Virus record (IMG/VR): IMGVR_UViG_3300024260_000007
Length of the DNA stretch: 20,000 nt
Strand: one strand, 5' to 3'
Source of the DNA: an uncultured virus (IMG/VR IMGVR_UViG_3300024260_000007)
Taxonomy: Duplodnaviria; Heunggongvirae; Uroviricota; Caudoviricetes
Shown here one piece after another: positions 14,564-20,000 of this stretch (its first letter is position 1; every line of letters begins with the position of its first letter). The position numbers and the translations under genes were made by a program. The notes under the pieces were generated by a model. It saw nothing but the letters and a program-made list of their open reading frames with translations. It was not told the DNA's origin and searched no databases.

Positions 14564-15043
14564 ATGTCAACCAATAATGTGACGCTAAACAAAGACAAGC
14601 GTTCGTCACGCGCTGCAAGTAACCGCGATACTACAGTTCGCGCTAAGTCATGGACACCACCATCACTGTTAGAAGCTCCAGAAGCTCCTCAGGGTTGGAA
14701 GTACCGATGGATTCGAGCAGAAATGCTTGGTCAGGAGGACAAGGTTAATATGAGCAAACGACTCCGTGAGGGGTACGAGCTTGTAAAAGCTGAGGACCAT
14801 CCTGAGTTTCAAGCGCCTACCATCTCTGATGGGACAGCATTGAATGGTTGCATAGGAACAGGTGGACTAGTTCTAGCGAAATTCCCGATGGAGTTCGTAG
14901 AACAGCGGAATGCTTACTACAGAAGCCGCGCTGACGACCAACTGGCTTCAGTAGATAATGATTTGATGAAAGAGAGTAATCCGTCGATGCCACTTAGTTC
15001 TCCGGAACGAAAGAGTACGACTACCTTCGGAAGTCAAACATAA
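14564..15043 (+). CDS. Hypothetical protein between the scaffold and capsid genes, 159 aa
   Basis: Directly follows the upstream stop (TAA-ATG). Motifs WTPPSLLEAPEAPQGWKYRWIR, LREGYELV and GGLVLAK. Confidence 0.8.
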   Translation: MSTNNVTLNKDKRSSRAASNRDTTVRAKSWTPPSLLEAPEAPQGWKYRWIRAEMLGQEDKVNMSKRLREGYELVKAEDHPEFQAPTISDGTALNGCIGTGGLVLAKFPMEFVEQRNAYYRSRADDQLASVDNDLMKESNPSMPLSSPERKSTTTFGSQT

Positions 15044-15079
15044 AATACTTTTGTTTAATTTAATAGAGAGGGCTTAGCA

Positions 15080-15643
15080 ATGGCTAATTCAGATAATCCT
15101 AACGGATTTACGCCTGTAAGACACATGAGCGGTGGGACTATTCGTGCAAACGAATACCTTATCGAATCAGGTGAAACTACGGCAATTTTCTCTGGCGATT
15201 TAGTAACACTAGAAGCAGACGGCTACATTGAGCAGGCGGACGCAACTGATGTGAATATTGTTGGAGTTTTCGGCGGTGTCGAATATACTGCTACAGATGG
15301 TTCTGTAGTATTTAAGAACAATTGGGTAGCTTCTACAACTACACTTGGTTCAAATGATGTGAAAGCATTTGTATATGATGACCCAAGTATTGTATACAGT
15401 GCACAACACGATGGTACTATGACTACAGCAATGAATGGCTCTGCCTTTGATGTTGTAGTTGCAGCAGGTAGCGCGACTAATGGTCGTTCTTCTATGGAAG
15501 TTGATACTTCATCAGCTAGTGCAACAAGCGGGCAACTTAAACAAGTTGGGCTAATTAATAAGACAGGAAACGCAACTGGTGCTAACGCAGAAGTTGAAGT
15601 CATTATTAATGAGCACCTTCTTAAGCAAGTTGTTGCTATTTAA
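15080..15643 (+). CDS. Probable capsid decoration/cement protein, 187 aa
   Basis: Immediately upstream of the MCP. It is beta-rich and full of small residues, with motifs N.D.PNGFTPV, IFSGDLV, VGVFGGVEY and VYDDP. RBS GAGG. Confidence 0.65.
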   Translation: MANSDNPNGFTPVRHMSGGTIRANEYLIESGETTAIFSGDLVTLEADGYIEQADATDVNIVGVFGGVEYTATDGSVVFKNNWVASTTTLGSNDVKAFVYDDPSIVYSAQHDGTMTTAMNGSAFDVVVAAGSATNGRSSMEVDTSSASATSGQLKQVGLINKTGNATGANAEVEVIINEHLLKQVVAI

Positions 15644-15659
15644 GGAGGCATAGAAGACT

Positions 15660-16565
15660 ATGGCAATTAATAGAGCACAACTCGTAAAAGAGTTAGAACC
15701 GGGACTTAACGCCTTATTTGGCTTAGAGTACTCTAAATATCAAGACGAATGGAAAGGTATCTTTGATACTGAATCTTCAGACCGCGCGTTTGAAGAGGAA
15801 GTGATGTTATCTGGCTTCGGTAATGCAGCAACTAAAGCAGAAGGCGCAGGCTTTGCTTACGATACTGCACAAGAAGTTTACACATCTCGTTATAACCATG
15901 AAACAATCGCTTTAGGCTTTGCTCTTACTGAGGAAGCAATGGAAGATAATTTGTACGACAAGTTATCATCTCGTTATACTAAAGCACTAGCTCGTTCTAT
16001 GAGCCACACTAAAAATGTTAAGGGTGCTGATGTATTAAATAATGCATTTAACTCTTCATACGCAGGTGGTGATGGTACTGAGCTGATTGGTACTCACACA
16101 CTGTTGAACGGTAGCACTATTGCTAACGAACCTTCAGTGGCTGCAGACTTAAACGAAACTTCATTAGAAGCTGCGCTAATTGATATTAGCAAGTTTACTG
16201 ATGAGCGTGGTTTAAAGATTGCGGTTAAAGGTCAATCACTATGTGTACCTTCAGACTTAATATTCGTCGCAGAACGTGTATTAGGTTCTTCTGGTCGCGT
16301 AGCAACAGCGGATAATGACTTGAATGCAATTAAATCAACTGGTGTATTACCAGGTGGTGCGACTGTCAATCATTACTTAACCGATACTGACGCTTGGTTT
16401 ATCCGTACTGATGCTCCTAACGGCTTGAAGCATTTCAACCGTGTTGGTATGAAGACTGGGATGGAGGGAGATTTTGAAACGGGCAATGTTCGTTACAAGG
16501 CTCGCGAGAGGTACTCATTCGGTTGGTCTGACTTCCGTGCAGTGTACGGTTCGCCTGGTGCTTAG
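15660..16565 (+). CDS. Major capsid protein (HK97 fold, Mu gpT-like family)
   Basis: 301 aa. Motifs MAINRAQLVKELEPGLNALFGLEY, SDRAFEEEV, TEEAMEDNLY, NHYLTDTDAWF and RERYSFGWSD. Strong RBS TAAGGAGG, and a terminator follows. Confidence 0.92.
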   Translation: MAINRAQLVKELEPGLNALFGLEYSKYQDEWKGIFDTESSDRAFEEEVMLSGFGNAATKAEGAGFAYDTAQEVYTSRYNHETIALGFALTEEAMEDNLYDKLSSRYTKALARSMSHTKNVKGADVLNNAFNSSYAGGDGTELIGTHTLLNGSTIANEPSVAADLNETSLEAALIDISKFTDERGLKIAVKGQSLCVPSDLIFVAERVLGSSGRVATADNDLNAIKSTGVLPGGATVNHYLTDTDAWFIRTDAPNGLKHFNRVGMKTGMEGDFETGNVRYKARERYSFGWSDFRAVYGSPGA

Positions 16566-16601
16566 GGGAAACCCGCAGTACTAAAGGCTTTACGCTTTAA
16601 G

Positions 16602-16624
16602 AGGTCCCTTCGGGGGCCTTTTTT
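16602..16624 (+). terminator. Rho-independent terminator after the MCP
   Basis: AGGTCCC-TTCG-GGGGCCT followed by a T run (cUUCGg tetraloop). Confidence 0.9.
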
Positions 16625-16645
16625 ATTGCCTATTGTTTAATACAA

Positions 16646-16662
16646 TAATTAAGTTATAATAA
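16646..16662 (+). promoter_or_regulatory. Promoter-like 17-mer TAATTAAGTTATAATAA, copy 1
   Basis: Contains TATAAT, with TTGTTT 16 nt upstream. An identical copy lies at 17197-17213. Confidence 0.7.
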
Positions 16663-16736
16663 TCATGTGCATTAAGCACACCATATATCCTGCAACGGAC
16701 GTTGTAGGAGTTGACTGATAACACAGGAGAAATATA

Positions 16737-17147
16737 ATGAGTGCAACACACTTTAGTGGACCAGTAGCAGTAGGCTCTGGCAAAATGGAATCTGTTGGCG
16801 CGACTAAGACAGTTAGTTCAGCGGACAACGGTAAGGTTTTAGTATTAAATGGTGGTACTGGCGGAGCAATTACGTTGCCAGCAGTAGCCACAGCCCTTAG
16901 TGGTTTACAATTCAAGATTGTAGTAGGTGCAGCCTTTTCTACAGACTACGTTATTACGGCAACTACGGCAGTAATTAGTGGCCCTATCGCAGAAGCAGGT
17001 GTTATTCAAACCTGTGCTGGAGCAACCACACTTACGTTAGAAGACGGAACAGAAGCAATTGGTGACCATATCGATTTCTTATGTGATGGAACAAACTGGT
17101 TAATTAATGGGAACTTCCAAACGGCGGCATCTATTACGGTAGCTTAA
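16737..17147 (+). CDS. Probable capsid-associated accessory (decoration/fibre-like) protein, 136 aa
   Basis: The N-terminal THFSGPV motif is typical of the gene after the MCP in this phage type. Beta-rich ITLPA...GLQFKIVV...LCDGTNW pattern. RBS AGGAG. Confidence 0.6.
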   Translation: MSATHFSGPVAVGSGKMESVGATKTVSSADNGKVLVLNGGTGGAITLPAVATALSGLQFKIVVGAAFSTDYVITATTAVISGPIAEAGVIQTCAGATTLTLEDGTEAIGDHIDFLCDGTNWLINGNFQTAASITVA

Positions 17148-17161
17148 CAGCAATCGAACTT

Positions 17162-17188
17162 AAAGGGCTTCTTCGGGAGTCCTTTTTT
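17162..17188 (+). terminator. Rho-independent terminator
   Basis: AAAGGGCTTC-TTCG-GGAGTCCTTT followed by TTT. Confidence 0.88.
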
Positions 17189-17196
17189 ATTACCTG

Positions 17197-17213
17197 TAAT
17201 TAAGTTATAATAA
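17197..17213 (+). promoter_or_regulatory. Promoter-like 17-mer TAATTAAGTTATAATAA, copy 2
   Basis: Identical to 16646-16662. It sits right after a terminator and ahead of the next gene block. Confidence 0.7.
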
Positions 17214-17262
17214 CACTATCTTTCAATGAGCGGGCGAAGCCCCTCTTCTCATAGGAGTCAAT

Positions 17263-17646
17263 ATGGCAGATTCAGTAACAAGTCAGACTATCATGGACGG
17301 TTCTAAGACCGTTGTTATGAAATTTACAAATGTATCAGATGGTACAGGCGAAACAGCGGTAGTAAAGGCAGATGCCTCAGCACTACTAAACGCACCTTCA
17401 AAACTTAAAGTTATGCGCGTATGGGCAATGACTAACGGCATGGCTGTTAGTGTGTTGTTCGATGCTACTGCAGATGTATTGGCAGTAGTAGCGCCTGCAG
17501 ATGAGGCCACACACTTAGACTTTAGGTCTTTCGGGGGGGTCAATAACAATGCAGGCTCGGGTGTAACAGGAGATATCTCATTTACCACCGTAGGTGCTAG
17601 TGCTGGCGATACATATAGTATTATCTTAGAGTTATCTAAGTCATAG
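17263..17646 (+). CDS. Hypothetical virion structural protein, 127 aa
   Basis: RBS AGGAG. Beta-rich, with the pattern MADSVTSQTI.DG....VMKFTN.SDGTGE. Located in the morphogenesis module. Confidence 0.7.
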   Translation: MADSVTSQTIMDGSKTVVMKFTNVSDGTGETAVVKADASALLNAPSKLKVMRVWAMTNGMAVSVLFDATADVLAVVAPADEATHLDFRSFGGVNNNAGSGVTGDISFTTVGASAGDTYSIILELSKS

Positions 17647-17656
17647 GAGCAGCTAA

Positions 17657-18316
17657 GTGGCCACTTCAGGAACTACAGCATTTAACCTAGATGTCTCAGA
17701 TATTTGTGAGGAGGCGTATGAAAGGTGCGGATTAGAACTCCGTAGTGGTTATGACGCTAAAACTGCGCGTCGTAGTATGAATATCATGCTTCAGGAGTGG
17801 GGCAACAGAGGTATACACCTATGGAAGGTAAATAAGACTTCCCAGGCGTTGGTTAAAGGTACTGCCTCATATACTTTAGATGGTAAAGTCATAGACTTGC
17901 TAGATGTAAACAGTAAGCGCTCTACTGCAGAGTTATCTATGGCGCGTATCTCAAGAGCGGACTACCATGCCCGCCCTAATAAGACAACACAAGCTAGACC
18001 ATCTCAATACTATCTGGAGAGAACAAGCACTCCTACTTTGTATGTATGGCCTGCCCCAGAGAACGCTACAGATACCATCGAGTATTACGCGATGGAGAAG
18101 ATAGAGGATGTAGGCACTAGTCTTAAGACAGTAGATGTACCAACTAGATTCTTACCTGCGTTGGTTGCGGGTCTTGCTTATTACATAAGTATGAAGAAAA
18201 TGCCTGATAGAATTACACTGCTTAAATCAGTATACGAAGAGGAGCTGACGCGTGCGTTGGATGAGGACAGAGAACGCTCTAGTAGCTTTTTTGTACCTGC
18301 TAGGAGACGCCTATAA
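17657..18316 (+). CDS. Probable head-tail adaptor / tail tubular-type protein, 219 aa
   Basis: GTG start after AGGAG. Motifs ATSGT..FNLD, EEAYERCG, ARRSMN....EWGNRGI.LW, RPSQYY, LYVWPAP and PTRFLPALVAGLAYY. Confidence 0.7.
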   Translation: MATSGTTAFNLDVSDICEEAYERCGLELRSGYDAKTARRSMNIMLQEWGNRGIHLWKVNKTSQALVKGTASYTLDGKVIDLLDVNSKRSTAELSMARISRADYHARPNKTTQARPSQYYLERTSTPTLYVWPAPENATDTIEYYAMEKIEDVGTSLKTVDVPTRFLPALVAGLAYYISMKKMPDRITLLKSVYEEELTRALDEDRERSSSFFVPARRRL

Positions 18317-18642
18317 TGGCTAAGTATGCCTCAGGTAAATATGCTAGGAGTATGTGTGACCGCTGTGGTGTAGAGGTAAAATACACTACTTTATTACTAG
18401 AATGGACAGGTTTTAAAGTGTGCTCTGAATGTTTCGACGAGAAGTCCCCTTTGGAGTTTCCAGGGAGAACACCTAACGACGCTGAAGCATTAATGCAACC
18501 TAGGCCTGATGTAGATGTAGAGGCAAACCAAGGCAATATTGCAGCGACAGACATATCGACAGGGGACACTCCTATTGGTACAATGTTCAGAGGGTTTGAA
18601 CCCACAGGCTCAGTAAACTCAGTTACGGTGACTATATCATGA
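18316..18642 (+). CDS. Small protein with two CxxC motifs (zinc-binding, neck region), 108 aa
   Basis: CDRC...CSEC and PRPD motifs. Translationally coupled at both ends (TAATG and ATGA). Confidence 0.75.
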   Translation: MAKYASGKYARSMCDRCGVEVKYTTLLLEWTGFKVCSECFDEKSPLEFPGRTPNDAEALMQPRPDVDVEANQGNIAATDISTGDTPIGTMFRGFEPTGSVNSVTVTIS

Positions 18643-19277
18643 CATATGCACAATTAGTACAATCTATTAAAGACTGGACAGCTAACTCTGAGACCACCTT
18701 CACAGGCGAGATTGATTTTATTATTGAGCTTGCTGAGGTACGTATACTAAGAGACACGGACTTAAATGCAGCCAGAAAAGATGCTACAGCAACCTTGAGT
18801 AAGGGAGACGAGTTCTTGTCTATGCCCTCAGGTGCTGCTGTATTACGCTCTTTACAGGCAGTATCTTCTACCGGCGCTCGTACTTACCTCTTACAGAAAG
18901 ACAAGAGTTTTATGGATGATTATATTTCTGACCGTAGTGTGGAGGGCTCACCTAGATATTATGCACATTGGGATAACGATACTATTTACATAGTACCATC
19001 TCCTTCTGCTGATACTACAGTAGAGATGAGTTATACTTATAGACCTAGTGGACTGTCTTCATCTACAACTACTACATGGATTAGCATCAACGCACCTGAT
19101 GCTCTACTGTATGCGTGTTTGGTAGAGGCATCTTTATTTATGAAAGAAGCACCAGACCTCACACAGAGCTACACTGTTAAATACCAGGAAGCACTACAGA
19201 GAGTAATAATAGAAGAAAATTTAAGAAACCGTACCGATGAGTACCGTACACGCTCACTTACATTAGGGGAAGCATAA
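18639..19277 (+). CDS. Probable adaptor/connector protein, 212 aa
   Basis: MTY..L...I..W, FIIELAE.RI, G.PRYYA, IVPSP and W.S.NAPDALLYACLVEA..F.K motifs. ATGA overlap with the upstream gene. Confidence 0.72.
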   Translation: MTYAQLVQSIKDWTANSETTFTGEIDFIIELAEVRILRDTDLNAARKDATATLSKGDEFLSMPSGAAVLRSLQAVSSTGARTYLLQKDKSFMDDYISDRSVEGSPRYYAHWDNDTIYIVPSPSADTTVEMSYTYRPSGLSSSTTTTWISINAPDALLYACLVEASLFMKEAPDLTQSYTVKYQEALQRVIIEENLRNRTDEYRTRSLTLGEA

Positions 19278-19705
19278 TGGCAATTACACAAGCGCTCTGC
19301 AGTTCGTTTAAGAAAGAAATACTTGAGGCACTACATGATTTCAATGCCTCTGGAGGTAATACCTTTAAGATGGCGTTGTACACTTCTTCTGCTAGTCTAA
19401 GTGCTACTACTACAGCATACACTACGACTGGCGAAGTAACAGGCACTGGATATACAGCCGGAGGCAACACATTGACCAATATAGACCCTGCCTTATCAGG
19501 CACCACGGGTTTTATTGATTTTAGCGATATTTCTTGGACTTCCGCTACCTTTACGGCTAGGGGTGCTTTGATATACAATAGCACTAGTAGTAATAAGGCA
19601 GTTATGGTCTTAGATTTTGGAGTGGATAAGGATGTATCTAACGGTACCTTCTCAATCTCATTCCCAACACCAAGCAGTACAACTGCAATTATCAGGGTAG
19701 CATAA
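19277..19705 (+). CDS. Probable tail-associated structural protein, 142 aa
   Basis: Motifs MAITQALCSSFKKE, FKMALYT, EVTGTGYTAGG.TL, ARGALIYN and VLDFG.DK. It is Thr/Ser-rich. Confidence 0.72.
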   Translation: MAITQALCSSFKKEILEALHDFNASGGNTFKMALYTSSASLSATTTAYTTTGEVTGTGYTAGGNTLTNIDPALSGTTGFIDFSDISWTSATFTARGALIYNSTSSNKAVMVLDFGVDKDVSNGTFSISFPTPSSTTAIIRVA

Positions 19706-19721
19706 GCACAGGAGAACAAAA

Positions 19722-20000
19722 ATGGCATCCATTACTTTTTACAACACAGCCACTAAAGATATTTTAGACGGTACAATCGACTTAGATACAGACACTATCA
19801 AGGTCTCACTACACTCGAGTACATACACTCCATCAGTAGCGCATGATTTTTATGATGATATAACTAATGAAATGGCGAGCGGCGGTGGTTACACCACTGG
19901 CGGCGAAACACTGGCTTCTACGGCAGTAACTACAGTTACTACTAATGATGCTATGTATGACGCAGCAAATGTAACATGGGCTTCTAATGCATCGGGATTT
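19722..20000 (+). CDS. Partial structural protein, paralogous to the upstream gene (truncated by the window end; not in the ORF track)
   Basis: RBS AGGAG, with the frame open to the window end: MASITFYNTATKDILDGTIDLDTDTIKVSLHSSTYTPSVAHDFYDDITNEMASGGGYTTGGETLASTAVTTVTTNDAMYDAANVTWASNASGF... Confidence 0.8.
   Translation, partial: MASITFYNTATKDILDGTIDLDTDTIKVSLHSSTYTPSVAHDFYDDITNEMASGGGYTTGGETLASTAVTTVTTNDAMYDAANVTWASNASGF

Larger units (their letters stand above)
1..20000. mobile_element. Tailed bacteriophage genome segment (early arm plus packaging, head and neck module)
   Basis: Gene order TerS-TerL-portal-scaffold-MCP-adaptor. No host housekeeping genes, integrase or att site are seen. 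Confidence 0.96.

Noticed and set aside
16563..16640. Stop-codon readthrough or frameshift extension of the MCP
   Set aside because: Reading through TAG adds only about 25 codons that run across the terminator. No slippery site links it to a downstream domain.
3657..19728. Numerous minus-strand and alternate-frame ORFs inside terL, the polyvalent gene, portal and structural genes
   Set aside because: They are fully nested in well-supported genes, and their Ser/Leu/Phe-rich composition is typical of antisense frames.
1..20000. Alternative genetic code, tRNA genes or a diversity-generating retroelement
   Set aside because: Genes are full-length under the standard code and TAG/TGA serve as real stops. 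No cloverleaf, reverse transcriptase or TR/VR repeat pair was seen.

Overview
This window is a 20-kb piece of a tailed dsDNA bacteriophage (Caudoviricetes). The gene content resembles uncultured aquatic podovirus-like phages that carry GroES and a MAINRAQL-type major capsid protein. It has two divergent arms. The leftward arm (about 1-2780, minus strand) is an early-type operon: a stand-alone amidoligase followed by four small ORFs, all with an AAGGAAA ribosome-binding site, then a terminator and a non-coding block with about 11 GTGTAACA-like repeats (origin-like). The rightward arm (3269-20000) is the packaging and morphogenesis module: TerS, TerL, a 1752-aa polyvalent protein (LPD23-like, HExxH peptidase, GNAT-like and an unassigned H-x-R/E-x-Q-S-D domain), portal, GroES, scaffold, decoration protein, major capsid protein, adaptors and tandem paralogous tail-type proteins. 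Between the arms lies a GC-rich non-coding hub of about 450 bp. It is bracketed by a perfect 18-bp inverted repeat that sits in or beside both divergent promoters, and it holds an 18-bp palindrome and repeated CTTTAAATCG boxes. GATC is almost absent: a manual scan found one site in 20 kb. All protein calls come from recognising motifs and gene order; no database search was run.
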